Shown: positions 48,710 to 62,378, counted from the whole stretch's first letter. The stretch is DNA of 63,787 nt, filler included, from Lenisia limosa (GCA_001655205.1; 11 parts of 11 records of this genome joined end to end with filler, not necessarily neighbours in it); one strand, 5' to 3'. Numbers and translations: made by a program. The notes: a model not told the origin generated them from the letters alone.

Positions 48710-49090
48710 TGACACAGTGGTGTGAATGAACATATAGCGGTGTGAATCGAGATTAGGCGGTATGAATGTAGATGGTGTGATTAAGGCTTCACTTCAGTTC
48801 CAAAAATAACCCAGGAAAATATCGAGCTTTCAAGGATTTATCGAGAAATTTTGCCTTTTTTGAACACCTTATCTCCATTCATCACTTCCACTTTATCTTC
48901 ATTCACACCTCTATATCTCCATTGACACCAACTTATCTCTATTTACTCCACTTTATCTCCATTCACAACACTTTATCTAGCTTCACCCCACCTAAAATGG
49001 AGATAAGGTGGTATGAATGGAGATAAGCTGGAGTAAATAGAGATAAGTTGGTGTCAATGGAGATATAAAGGTGTGAATGTAGATAAGGTC
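48710..49090. repeat. Minisatellite-built inverted repeat (foldback) interrupted by a MITE
   Basis: Arms ~48891-48966 and ~49011-49088 are reverse complements built from ~19-bp units. Confidence 0.8.
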
Positions 49091-50806
49091 AATACAAAGG
49101 GGAACGAATGCAATACAACATCCAAGTACATCTAGAAGTTAAAATATGATAATTGATAAAATGGCTTTATTTTCCCCACACTGACTTCTCTATGCGTGAC
49201 AAAATATCAGCCGCTTCGTCAAATGCGCAATCTGACCCCCGTGCTCGCGACTCCGACCGTGACACCTTATTACACAGCTCAACGACTCCTTTGACTTGGC
49301 TTTCTAGGAAAAATGTGGTTTTTCAGGGGGAGTAGGAGAGGCAAGTGGCGTGTGAAACTCTCAACCAGAAACTGGCTAGTACAGAGGTATTGATAATGTC
49401 AACGCATGTTGGAATAGAACAAAATCAGAACAAAATTTTACGGCATCAGAGAAAAAGTGTTTGGTAGTTATTTTTACGCAGGTGGCTCAAATAGATAAGT
49501 GGCATGGTAAACTCTAAAGTCATTTTAGTTGAAAATTTTCAGGTCTAGGGGGGGGGGGCTTAAATGGTAAAACACAACGAAGAAACCACCCAATCTCCAA
49601 AAAACAGCTCCGCTCCTCCCCGGCCAATTGGGATGTCGGAGTGGAATCAGCCTTCTGCATGGTCATACAGTGATTGACAAACGTCATTAAGAGCCATGTC
49701 AGCAAGATATGATAAAAAATTGGGTTCGTAACGAGGCACCCAAGGGGTGGTGGCGGGGTCCTGGCTCTTATGCTTCGAGGTCGTTTATAATATTATAGAA
49801 CTGCCGTAATCTACAAATAGGGTCACAGGTGGCTCAAATAGATCGGTGATATTGTAAACGCTCCCTTCTTTAGGTAAGTTTAATTAGGCTACACAGTGAA
49901 AGGGTAACACGCCAAGTGTTTCCACAAGGTTCCAAAAACGGACCAATTTAAAGAAAGAATTTCAAAATACCTAAATTAAAAAAATGAAGAAGTTCAGCGA
50001 AGTGGTTATCAGGGAATATTCGATCAATGATATCATTGCAAAAATTGAAAACGGTTCCGCTCCTCCCCAGCCAGTTGGTACTTCTAGATGCCAGGTGTAT
50101 TGATTAAATCATCGGGGCCATCCCTTTTTTGAAGAAAATTCACGTGCAAAAAATTACTTTATGCTATTCTAATTTAGTCGTAGTATCATGTTTATCATTC
50201 CATGACCCCCCCTTCACCCACCTTCTGAATACTCTTTGTGAGAGAGCTTGACGAGTACTTTAGCTTGATTCAACTGAATAGCCAGATACAAAGGAGGTAA
50301 CAACCAAAGTGGAATCCTACATAGCTGTCCAATCATGCAGACACTACACAGGTAAGAGAGGAATGAAATTGGAATGTAAATTGTCAGGCTGACCAAACGT
50401 CAAGACGATCTTTCAGCGCAAACGTATTAGTCATCCCCCCCCCCCCCAANNNNNNNNNNNNNNNNNNNNNNNNNNNNNNNNNNNNNNNNNNNNNNNNNNN
50501 NNNNNNNNNNNNNNNNNNNNNNNNNNNNNNNNNNNNNNNNNNNNNNNNNNNNNNNNNNNNNNNNNNNNNNNNNNNNNNNNNNNNNNNNNNNNNNNNNNNN
50601 NNNNNNNNNNNNNNNNNNNNNNNNNNNNNNNNNNNNNNNNNNNNNNNNNNNNNNNNNNNATTCCCAAGCAGTGGTAACCTCAACGTAGCATTGAAATATC
50701 AAACTGAAGTGAGTAATTTGGATAACATTTCGAGAATATTAAAATAATAGTAGCTACAAAGTAATGAATTAATCACTCAACAAAAAAGAGATCATCCTCA
50801 CCTCTG

Positions 50807-51135
50807 AAGCATGATGTAGAGGCGGTATATCAGGGCGCGCGAACGGTTCTGATACAGAAGACGGGGCGGATTCCAAGTCCGGTCTACCTTTTCAGGCCTT
50901 TAACTGATTCTTTGAGGGTTGTTTTAAAAACAATCAACAAATTCTTCTGCTCAAGAGCATGAAAGAACAGTAACCACCTCTCATCAGTAAGTTCTACTGG
51001 GCTATGTAATCAAACATGCTCTCATCCTCTCAACCCAGGGACCACAGCGATTAAAGTCCCTATNNNNNNNNNNAGTGACCAAATAAAAGGGACAAGTGAA
51101 TAGTCATCCGAAGCTTTCTCCAGCGTCTCCTCGGT
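50807..51135 (+). mobile_element. Decayed non-LTR retrotransposon reverse-transcriptase remnant
   Basis: YQGARTVLIQKTG...FRPLT resembles the RT motif GRTVLIPK...YRPIT; EAFSSVS downstream resembles KAFDSV; frames broken. Confidence 0.45.
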
Positions 51136-51499
51136 TCGCCCAGTCCAGCAGGTCAGCAATCTTCATTCCAAACTTCATCTTCACAATTGTGCAATCTACG
51201 TTTCTTTCACAAAAGTGGCATCTTCATCTCTCACTTGGGTCCAATTTCAAATGTTGACTCTAGACCAAATGGTTTGCTACTGCTTGCTTGGAGCAACACT
51301 CTGATTCCACTCAACAAAAGCTGAACAGATACAGTCAACAAACAATAGCAGGTCATGTGGACGAGCAAAACAACTTCAACCAGAAAAGCCCATCTCTATT
51401 CATTGCTGAACAAGCCTTGCTTGCCCGGTTATATCCGGAACAGGACCCACTATCACATGACCTTCTTCCCCATTCCCATTCCCCATACATCTTCTCCTG

Positions 51500-51580
51500 A
51501 ACATCTTCACAATGTGGCATCTTTATCCCTCTCACAATGTGGCATCTTTATCCCTCTCACAATGTGGCATCTTTATCCCT
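51500..51580. repeat. 25-bp tandem repeat x3
   Basis: TCACAATGTGGCATCTTTATCCCTC repeated. Confidence 0.9.
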
Positions 51581-52099
51581 CATCCCATCACATCCAGATT
51601 GCGACCATCTATGTTGTCAGGATTTTGATTCCAGTAGTAGAGTGAATACACTGAAACAAAGAGCTCAACTGAGCCTCGAATCATATGAAACAAACGCCTA
51701 ACCCCATGCCCCACCCACTGGTGAACTGGCAACACTATTGGTTCGAAGTTGGGTGCAGGATTTGGCGCGCGCTGGAGGGAGCTGTGATTGTTGAGTTAAA
51801 TGGTAAAGTGAATATATTTGATAAAAATAAACCAAAATAGTCAAAAGAGAGGGCTTACAGAATCCATAGGCGCACCCGCTGCTTGGAATTGCCCATCTCT
51901 GCACTAAAACATTCAGGCACAACTGTGTTGTGCTCATAATTCATAAACATTCGTTTGGTTTGGGAGGGAGCAACACAAGAAGGTGAACATCAAGAACTGA
52001 GTGCAAAACCAAAAAAAGGAGGACGTCTCCTTCTTTTCCTCCATATCGCAGATACGTGCCATTATTTCATCATTTCTCATCATTGTTTTTGGGTTTAAA

Positions 52100-55000
52100 C
52101 TGGGTTTGTGAGTGCTTTCAGGGCGCTTTTTCAGTTTGATATAGAGCTGCATCCGAGCCCCCCCCCCCCCNNNNNNNNNNNNNNNNNNNNNNNNNNNNNN
52201 NNNNNNNNNNNNNNNNNNNNNNNNNCCAACCATGGGTCCAGTCCAAGTCCTTGGACTGCTTTGAAGGACCCGGCTCGGAACAAGGATACAGCAAACCTTT
52301 TCAAATGGTGGTGGTCAAGGGACAGATCACAAGTGAATCACAATGGAGGGTTGAAAATGGGTACAGTTACAGTGAAACATAATTAATGATACCTTTCGAA
52401 ACAAAACTAAGAAGAGCTGGATCTAATAACAAAAATCGCCTTTTCAGTCTTGCGGAAGCTAAAACAATCACGCAAGGAAGGAGAAAGTATACTACATAGT
52501 ATATAAAGACTCATCTGTAAATACCCCCTTCTCACTCAATAATTGATCCCCCGAGGTCATCAATGAGAACGAGGTTTCTCTCCAATAAACGGACCAAATC
52601 AGCCTGGGGCATACCCTCCGTCTAAGGAATTAGAAGAGAACTGGTCTGGACTTATTTCATTCACATATCATACACAGAAATAATACTGAGTTCACACCAG
52701 TTATTATATCGTTACCCCCCCCCCCCNNNNNNNNNNNNNNNNNNNNNNNNNNNNNNNNNNNNNNNNNNNNNNNNNNNNNNNNNNNNNNNNNNNNNNNNNN
52801 NNNNNNNNNNNNNNNNNGTGTCAACGGAAACCTCAAACTCCACACGTGACAACCACAGGTCTACACTCAGAGGGTGGAGTTCAGTAGCTGCTTGAAGAAC
52901 CTCGCGTGCACGTTGCAGGTCTTTCATTGTCTGTGGAATGAGTGTCCACTAATATAAAACCCCAAGATACCAATTACACCTCTCCCCAACCTTATGAAGG
53001 AAACGGGCATATTGTAGAGGAAGCGCTGAGTTGGCTTTTTCAGTGTGCTGCGGCAATGGGTTATGATGATTTATAAAAACATATATAAAAAAAAGAAAGA
53101 AACAAAAAAAGAAGACAGATCCATCTTTGAATAGCTCCCATTTTTCACTCCTCACAGAAAGGGCTTTTTGGAAGATTTCATCAACGCGCTCATAGTTATC
53201 TAGAAATGATCAGAGATGCTGCTAATAGTACTTTACAGAGTCAGAGAAAGTATTATAAACTATATCATATTGTACCAAATCTATGCACTTTAGAAACCTT
53301 TTTGCAAACTTTGTCTTTGAAAGTAATTTGCCGCGCGGATGTTGGACTCAATGTGTCTTGGGAATCCCTAGAAAGGTAAGGTGCTGTAGAAGCACTACAA
53401 ATGTTACTCTTTGAGAACATAATAATGTCTGAATTGGTTTAGACTTTTGACAAACCTTGACAAGTGCATTGTAGAGATTGGTAGCGGTGGTGTTGTGGTT
53501 GTGCGCTTCCTCAAAAGCAGCCAGAGCCAGGGAGGCTTCAGGCCTACAGTATTTGTCTGAGACAAGTGCGGTTTTATCACCATGAAAACAAAGCTGAGAG
53601 AATACGGGTTTATCGACACCAAATAAACCCCTTCGCCCATCTACCTTCTCTTGAGTGTGCCATAAGCAGCTCGTCTAAGGACCTGTCTGGCGTCCTTTGT
53701 GAGCCCCATGCGTTCGAGGTAGGCGACATAGCGTGACCAAAACTCAAAATATAGAGACTGTGATATTAAAAGATCAGAAAATCGATTTGGTCAGTTTATC
53801 ATCATAAATACGATATACTATCATGCATGTAGTGAATATTATTCAAAGAGTTGCAGCTCACTCCCCCTCTTCCTCCATCTTCAATCCAAAGTTTATCGAA
53901 TGGGATTCCGTCTTTTTCGCCTTCCAACATAACCTCAACCCTCCAACGCAAGGAATAAGACAGCGCTCGTAGAGTTTGATTGTGAAGGTAGTATCATTGA
54001 AGGATTCGGCAAATGTAAGGTAGGCTCTCCAGTTTGCAAGCTCATCTGCNNNNNNNNNNNNNNNNNNNNNNNNNNNNNNNNNNNNNNNNNNNNNNNNNNN
54101 NNNNNNNNNNNNNNNNNNNNNNNNNNNNNNNNNNNNNNNNNNNNNNNNNNNNNNNNNNNNNNNNNNNNNNNNNNNNNNNNNNNNNNNNNNNNNNNNNNNN
54201 NNNNNNNNNNNNNNNNNNNNNTTGGGTATGTGGAAAAGAAGTGCAATATGTTATGAAACAAATAAGAGTTCAAGAGTAGGGTGATGTGTACCTTAATATG
54301 GAAGTAGGGGCGCAGAATGGACGACTCAAAAGCATCAATTTTCTTAAGAGTTTCCTGGGTCTGGGCGTACTCCTGAAGACGGTGTTCTACAATGGCTGCT
54401 AAAAGCTGAACCTTGGGGAGGGGGGTTAATAAGTAAGAATGACATCAGGATCCAATTGCCACATTATCTGAAACCTCCTATGACGCTATTTCACAATCAA
54501 AAAAGGGAAGGGGGGGGGGGCTATGTACTTGACTTGTTCTCTCTTACTTCGTGTGGCTCTCCTGAGCCTTCAGGCATACGCAACATCAAACTACCCTGGA
54601 AAATAAGCAGGGGGGGGGGGTACTTTTCAAACTAATACCAAAAGCAAGTTAAAGAGATATCAAGCCCAACAGGTCACTAACCTTGACATCGTCCATTTCC
54701 TCCTGTGACTTGGCGACGATGGCAGCCGTGAGGGGCGCCACTGCAAAGGAACGGAAGTTCTCAACGTATTTTTCTGAGTTGCGAAGGGGGATTTTAAAGA
54801 TTCTCGCGTAAATACGCGACATGGCGCGATAACTGGAGTATTAATTCTCGACAGCAAAGAGAAGAAAATCATTGGCGGCCTCCCTTACTTTGTACAAGAA
54901 GACTCGAATCTCAAATACAGATCCCAAATGGTGTCTGATCTGTAGTCTGTGCCCACAACTGAAATGGCTTGTTCAAAGAGCTCACGGATTTTCTTGGGGT

Positions 55001-55716
55001 CATCCTTCCAGTGTTAATCATGAGCTAACAAAAGCAAATAAAATAAGAGAGAAGAATGGTAGTTGAGCCCCTCTGACTTGCCAGTGGGTAGACGCATAGT
55101 CAAGATAGCTGAACCACATATCGACAGAGTGGGGTGCTGCCATACAGCTTCGCTGGAAGATCTCATCAACATGGTCGCTATTTCCTCTGCTCAGCTCAAG
55201 TTTGACGAGTTTCTTCCAGTAGCCAAAGCAGAGAGGGTATTCTGAAAGGAAGCCAATGAAGACTTCGCGTGCCACTTCAATGGGCTCCTGAAGGGGTTAG
55301 ACAGAAAAAAATAAAACATAGAAAGAATATTTATTCGATGATTTCATGCACCCTTCCATCAAACATCCAATATCTGAAAAGAGCCTTTGATGGGAATACA
55401 TACAACAATACTGGGGAAAAAAATAACAAAAACAGATGTACCAAGGAAAACGCCGCATTTTAAAAGACCGAAATGAAGAAATGTAGTCAAAATATGTTCT
55501 CAAAAAGTAACTAATCTGCCTGCCAACAGTTAACATCCCCCCCATTTCCGCACATTTGATTCCGCTTGCTCGGCGAGCCACACCCATGCGTCAAAGTCGA
55601 GAGGGTTGCGACGAACAACGCTCTTGTACTGGGCAAAGGTTTTTGTCGCCTAGACCATCAATTTACAAAGAAGACTACCAGAAGAAAACTACACAACAAA
55701 CCGATTCTTCAGCCAT
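52100..55716 (-). CDS. PRPF39: Pre-mRNA-processing factor 39 (HAT-repeat U1 snRNP protein); 3' end approximate
   Basis: MAEES|ATKTFAQYKSVVRRNPLDFDAW...|FLSEYPLCFGYWKK...PHSVDMWFSY...RELFEQAISVVGTDYRSDTIWDLYL...LRPYFHIK|...NWRAYLTFAE...LYERCLIPC|SLYFEFWSRY. Confidence 0.93.
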
Positions 55717-56285
55717 TTTCTGATTATTTGCTCTATTTAAAACCTTAATAAAAAAGTACTAAAGCTTCTTCAAAACTACTCACACAGCACTTAAAAAAAG
55801 GTGTTTTGCTAAAGAGCAAATGTGGCAAATGGGTAAAGGAAGACCAAGATATATACACCCCATGTTAAAGAGAAAATCCTCCCTTTGAAATGTTACCTAA
55901 ATGTAATTAATGTAAGAGTTATTCTGCGTTTTCTGCTGCAACCAGGGGGCCACAGACCCGGGGATTTTACCATTATTTTTTTGGGAGATCTGTCGGAGAN
56001 NNNNNNNNNNNNNNNNNNNNNNNNNNNNNNNNNNNNNNNNNNNTTAATTAATTAANNNNNNNNNNNNNNNNNNNNNNNNNNNNNNNNNNNNNNNNNNNNT
56101 GTTTCAGTTTTGTCATTTGAAATTGTATTACTTTGATGCATCAACAGTTTTACATTATAGAAACCTAACCCACTCGTATTTGTTGCTTATTGCAAGTGCA
56201 TTGATCATATTTCTGTTTTTTTGTATCATCCATTGGGCAAATACCCCCATTTGAACTCTGACTTTTTATTTCTAATACAACCCAG

Positions 56286-57034
56286 GGCGGATAGGGTGAT
56301 ACACGAACAGCACCTGGGCAAATCCTGGCAATCTGCTGATCCTTCTTTTTTCGAGAAGCTTGGAACAGGACCCGCGGCCGCTGCAGTACATCAAGTTGGT
56401 GTTCATAATTTTTTGTGTACATTGTATCTGGGCTCCTATTTTTATTGTTGTCAATTCTGATATTCATAATGATTGGTTTAGAACATGACTGCAAGTACAA
56501 GACCAATGGAAAAGTCTCCAATTGAAGAAGAAAGTGGGTATTGGGGATAAAGGCTAACCCAGTTGATCTTGTAATGTTATGAATTGAATAATGGTTGTGA
56601 AACTGATAATTCAGCGCATACTGCTGCGCCAGCACCAGCTGATGGTCACGGAGGGACATCGAGGAAGCAGGAGAGAGAGTTTTGGGAGCGAATGTCGGGC
56701 GTTGTCTCGGATGACACTTTCCGGTTATGGAAGGTTTGGGGGATATCTTGATATTCCTCCTCTTTCGTGGTATCTGTTAATTGATCTAGTTGTCTTGTTG
56801 AACTAACCCTATCTCCCATGTTGCTCATATTGCCCAGGCCCTGAGTAGAGGACTTGAGCAGTACAAGGACATCTTGACGGATCGATCGCAGCTCATAGAT
56901 GACACTGCTAGGCTAAGGAGGCAGAACTCCGAACTCAAAATGGTGATTGGAATGGTGAATATGAAGCGTCCCAGCTCCTGGTCTTGCCTTTCTCGTTCCA
57001 TGTATTTGTTCAAAAAATTTCAAGGTGCAGTTAG
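56286..57034 (+). CDS. DRC1: Dynein regulatory complex subunit 1, 3' part, divergent
   Basis: Exons 56286-56394 (ADRVIHEQHLGKSW), 56482-56533, 56615-56733 (EREFWERMSGVVSDDTFRLWK), 56838-56942 (ALSRGLEQYKDILTDRSQLIDDTARLRRQNSELKM) match DRC1 motifs recalled from human and Chlamydomonas. Confidence 0.8.
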
Positions 57035-58047
57035 AATAGACCTAAAAGGCTTTCCCCTCAAAACACTTCTAATGCAAAGAAGATTAGCTGCCTTGTGTGA
57101 TCGCAATCAATTTCCTTTCTTTGGTGTCAGAATTGATTGTTATTGAAAGATACAATCATTTGAAAAGAGAAGAGAGAGAAAAAAAAAAAGATGCATTGAA
57201 TATCGAGAAATCAGGATTTGCAACATCAAATTCTGACTTTTTCTGAAAATTGAGGGTCCTCATGCTCTCTTGAGTCTTCAGTTTTGGAAATACAATTTTT
57301 CAACTGAACAGTTCTTTTACAACACAATTGATCTTTATGGCTGTTTGCGTGTTTACAAGCTTAATCATGTTTCAGGTTCTGAACTCTTATCTTCAGCAGT
57401 GAGGCTTCCGTGGTTTAATTTATTGGTTGTTTTAGTTTTCTTTGTTTCTAAGTCTTCTTGTAGAAATGTATAATGTTGTTGTATTTGTAACTTTGTTTCA
57501 AAAGATTTTGGGAAATGCATCCATGTATCATGGAACACTCTTTGCCAACATCTTACCAACAACCGAACAACAATCTACCTATCAATGACCAAGGAGTTGC
57601 TACCATATGCTTCTTTCAATCTACCAATTTGTCTTGCTACTGTCTATCTCAATTCCAGTTGATTCATGGACCAAGGAAGCCACAATCTTGCTTCAATCAA
57701 ACAATTGCAATCTAGAAATCTGATCTGAATCTGATATGAATCTAATAGAAATACATGAGAAATATAGAATAATACAAGAATAATAATGCTCTACTGTTCA
57801 GCTAATGTTCCAACTTTTTCCCAATTAATTTTAGAGAAGCGCGATGTGATGCGATGGTGGAAGCGATGAGGGAGAATAGAAAGAGAGATGGGTATATGGA
57901 ACTACCGCCCATTAATTTATATGTTTAAATAAACATTTTGAGAAGCAGAATAATAAGAAAGAGACTCTAAAAGAAGACCATAATTTTTTGCGCGAACGTG
58001 GCGCCAGGATCATGATTAGGTTTTAATCTGGAACATTTTAGCTGTGT

Positions 58048-58129
58048 GACTAGTTGGCCGAGTGGTTAAGGCGACAGATTAGAAATCTGTTGGGTTCTGC
58101 CCGCGTAGGTTCAAATCCTGCACTAGTCG
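58048..58129 (+). tRNA. tRNA-Ser, anticodon AGA
   Basis: 82-nt cloverleaf: acceptor GACTAGT/ACTAGTC, A box TGGCCGAGTGG, anticodon arm ACAGA-TTAGAAA-TCTGT, long variable arm, B box GGTTCAAATCC, followed by a T-run terminator. Confidence 0.97.
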
Positions 58130-58522
58130 TATTTTTTTCTTTTTCTGTTTTTTTCTTTCTTTTTTGATTTTTTTTGTGTGAACGTTCTACAGTGATATTT
58201 ATTTACTATTTCCCATTAGTTCATTGCTTTTTAAGTAAACCCTTGCTATTTTTATTGGAGATCCCTGCTTACTAGCCAATTACTTTTTTGGTGAGTCTTT
58301 TATGATACATAAGTGGTGTATATGCTTGATACAACCTATCTGTTTTGAAATATGAAGGGAAAATGTACAATATTGTGTTTTCTTTCTTTCACAAAATTGG
58401 AATTTCTTGTCTTGAATCTCTCTCAAAGCCTTCTTTGCTTCAGTCTATTTACAAGTATAATATTAACATTTCCTAGAGTCAAATACCGCTATCCTGCACT
58501 CTCCCTTTTTGGAGCTCTTGAA

Positions 58523-61500
58523 ATGAACTCTCTCGATACTCACCAGGCGACACATGTTGACCATCCTCGCATTGAAAAGCCGTTCCAAAGCATCGAAGAA
58601 AGAGCCCGCAAGTTTGATTTTTGGAGTCCTGGTGATGAGGAAGGTTTGGGGTGTGTTGTCAATATACCTTTCTGTCACTAAATATTATTGTTCACCATTC
58701 AGCGCCAGTCATGAAGTCCTTTGGCGACAATTCATCAAAACAACTTGGTCATGGTCCCGATTGCAGTGGGTCCATTTACATAATTTCAACTAAAGACTTT
58801 TAACACACTCCAAATGCTACCATATCTGGAAACCGTCTCTTCTCAATTTCCACTCAATTGTTTCTTCACAAATAACCATCCCAAAAACTGAAAAATTATT
58901 GCGGAATACTGAGTATCATGGGATATTGTATTCTAATACTTGTCACAATAGTGGAACAATTTTGTAAATAACCTCCAAGGTACCGTCATATTCTCAGAAG
59001 AAAGAGTTGCCATTGCTGCAAGCGGAGGATGGCAACACAGTGCCTTTATTATGCGTGAGTTATTAGAAGTGCTGTTGTACTGATAGGGTGGCCTTTGAGT
59101 CAAAAAAGAGGTGATGACACTTTTTCTATTTTGTGTTCCGTTCCAGTTTTATTACTAAAAGATGACGGGACCTTCATGACTTGTGGAAAGAACTTCGGAT
59201 CCGGCCTCAACGATATCCAACCCAGCCCCCAACTAGTATGCAGAATTCAGTTTTTTGGTAAAATGATAAACACCCAAGCTAACTGTTGAAAATTGCTACT
59301 CTTAGCAAAAATATGATAAATTACAAATAGGATGCTCTTTCTTCTGATTTTCTAAGGTGAACGTTCCTATTCCTGTCGCTAATAAAAGCAAAGAAACTCC
59401 AGCAGGTTTGTGAACGCATCTGCGTACCAAAGCTGAACTTACATAACAACTTGCTTTACATACACATACGAAAGCGGCTTACATTTATTTAGGAGACGCA
59501 TTTGACATGTCAACAGTTGCAGACCGCATTGCCTGTGGCCGTAGCCACACCCTCTTTGTTGATGAGGCTGGCAGCGCCTGGGCGTGTGGTGTCGGAAGGT
59601 TTGAGATTTTTTTATCCATTCAATAGTATTTCTAAAGTCCATTGTTTCTTATTCATTGAAAGTTGTGTTAAATAAAACCACTGATATTTACTTCCCTAAT
59701 AGTGACGGACAACTTGGCCACGGGGTTACTACAGATTCAGCCAATCCAATCCTGGTCAAAATCCCTCCATCAGCTGGAAGGGTTAGGAAAGTTGCTGCCG
59801 GTACAACTCATTCAATGTTTTTTATGGGTGGGCGATGGTGTTTTGAAGTATCATTGTTGTATTTACTCTTTGAAATTTTAGAAGATAAGCATTTGTACGC
59901 TTGCGGATCCAATAGCAGAGGGCAACTCGGTGTTAATGGACACCATAAGAAGGTTCGCAACAATGGATTCCAATTCAACAATAAGCAAAATAGCAGTTCA
60001 TAACGAAACAAGCAATTGTTTTTAATTATCTTATCAAATCTCACAGCCGAAGCAGATGATGCGTGAAGATAGCCCTGAAATGGAGAAGGAAGTTCATCAA
60101 AACAGGCTCAAGCGGCACTTCAAAGTGGGCATCCTAATAATCTACTTCTCTCGAACAGGTTATAGGTAATAACTCATCTGATCTGGGAGAAGAGTGTTTG
60201 TCTTCTTGTATTATTTGGGATCATGTTACAAATGTTCGAAACAATCCCACTTTTTCAGACTCAGATTACATTTCCAGCACATCCAGAAGCGCGAGGATGA
60301 CGTCGCTGCTCATCAAAAGCATTCACTCAATGACCCCAGCTCCTACGTCTGGGGAATTATAGGAGAATTAGTCATATTTGCCAAGACTTGATCAATGTTC
60401 ATTCTCACTTTACAGTCAGCACCGACACCTAAGGCTCAGAGAGTCAGCACCTCGCCTAGTGCACCGCTCGAATATGAGGTTGAGGAGTACGAAGAAGATG
60501 ACCTGGGTACGCATGGAACATGGTCAAATGACACAACAGTCAAAACATGATGATAATTGATATGTGCTGCTTTGGATGACCAGTTCCAGGGAACATTTTA
60601 GAGGAACCCCGCAGTCGCCGTCCATCTCGCCGCTATCAGGAGGCTTCAGGTGAGAACTTTTTTTCTAATTACTAATCTATTGTCCGATGAATTGGGTCCT
60701 TTACTCACCTTCTAACAATCAAGATTACTTTGTCATGGACGCTGGGGTACTAACTACATCAATGCAAAACCCCGAGGACGCTGAAGATGGCTCAATCCAT
60801 GGTTGGGATATATGAAATATTAAGACTGGTGAGATGTTTTTTTGTTTTAGATAACAATTTGACCTTTTCACATCCGCATTTATCATCGCTGTTAGACGAG
60901 GCAGAGGGCAAGCCACAAACCCGAAAAATGGTAACCATGAACCAGTCGCAGTCCAGCATCACGCTGCCCACCCTGGTAGCCCCACCCAAAAATGAAAGAA
61001 TCGTTGATGTCACTTGTGGCCGCAACTCCACTGCCATCTTGACTGGTAGGAGGTAACTGAATTTTTGATGGGTAAGATAGCTTTTCCCTTGAAAACAACT
61101 TTGAAATGTTAGTATTGTTAAATTCTTTTTGAGATGTCCAATTGCACTCGGTCTCATCCCAGCAGCTTCTGGCCGGCTGTTCATGTGTGGAGAAAACAGC
61201 CATGGTGTCATGGGAGTCGAGCCAAGCGAAATTCAATACAGTTTCGGCTGGAAGAAGGTCAAATTCCTCGTCAGCTTCACTTTTTTTTTGTAAAACTAAT
61301 AAACTGCTGGAAATGTGATAAATGTAATATGAATGATTGGCTGATACCTTCAATTTTAACCATCTGTTTCCAGCTTACACTTGTTTTTGCCACCGTCAAT
61401 TAAATGTAAACATGATTACTCACATTTCAGGACTCCAGCGGTGAGGACGCTATTTTGCACGACATTCAGATGCGTGACGGTCATCTCATTGCAATTGACA

Positions 61501-62116
61501 GTGGGCATGTATTTTCAATAATCATTACGTTCTCTCCATGTCACATGTGTGGCCGTTAAATAACCCTTGAATCTGTAATACCGATCCCGCAGGCCACAAG
61601 AGACTCTGGAGTGTCGGATCCAACTCAAAGGGACAGCTTGGAAGAGACATTCCTAAAGGTTTTCTGAGGGGACGGAAAGAGCCTTCTGACAAGCCATTTC
61701 CACTCGGTTGACTGACTATTCAGAAGACGCATACAGCACCACCCCAGGCATCTGCACGTTACCCAAGGGATCAGGCGCTCCAACCCTGGTGAGATGGATA
61801 TCGCGAACGTCCTTTGGGAAGAGTATTTGGTATCCCTCAGCTGTAATAGTACAGATTTCGGCTGGAGCCGACCACAATGTCATTGTCACTGGTGGGTGCG
61901 GGTTATATGACAGGTACAGAAATTTGAAGACACTGGGCCTATTTTCTTGCAAGTCCGTTCCATTTAAAGACTAACCCTCCAGACATTGGCAAGACCTTCG
62001 TCAGTGGCAGCATCACGATGCCCACAAAGGGCAGTCCATCCGGCCATTGGACTGAAGTTGACGTGCCAACACCCACTAGTGTCACTAGCGGTGTGTACCA
62101 TGCCTTTGTCCTCTAA
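58523..62116 (+). CDS. RCC1/BLIP-II repeat protein
   Basis: FGDNSSKQLGHG, DGQLGHG...VRKVAAGTTHSMF, LYACGSNSRGQLG, IVDVTCGRNSTAIL, QISAGADHNVIVT, VTSGVYHAFVL then TAA at 62114-62116. Confidence 0.9.
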
Positions 62117-62378
62117 AGCACCCATATATACATATACATTGCATCATTCGACTCACATGGGTTCTAAATTTGAAACTCCTGTCTGCCTTTATCATCCATA
62201 TCGTGATAATGTGATGCCACTTTGGCATCAATACAACCTGTAATTGAACTTCCAGAATCACGGCATTTAATATTCCGTGAAATACAAAGTCTGACCCCTC
62301 ATAAGAAGTGGTTATTCCACAATTCGTACCGCCATAACTGTCAAATCAGTCCTATATTCCTCATATCAAACGCCATTC

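Noticed and set aside
55716-56286. Apparent PRP39-DRC1-tRNA gene neighbourhood
   Set aside because: A contig spacer at 56000-56099 separates them; adjacency is artificial.
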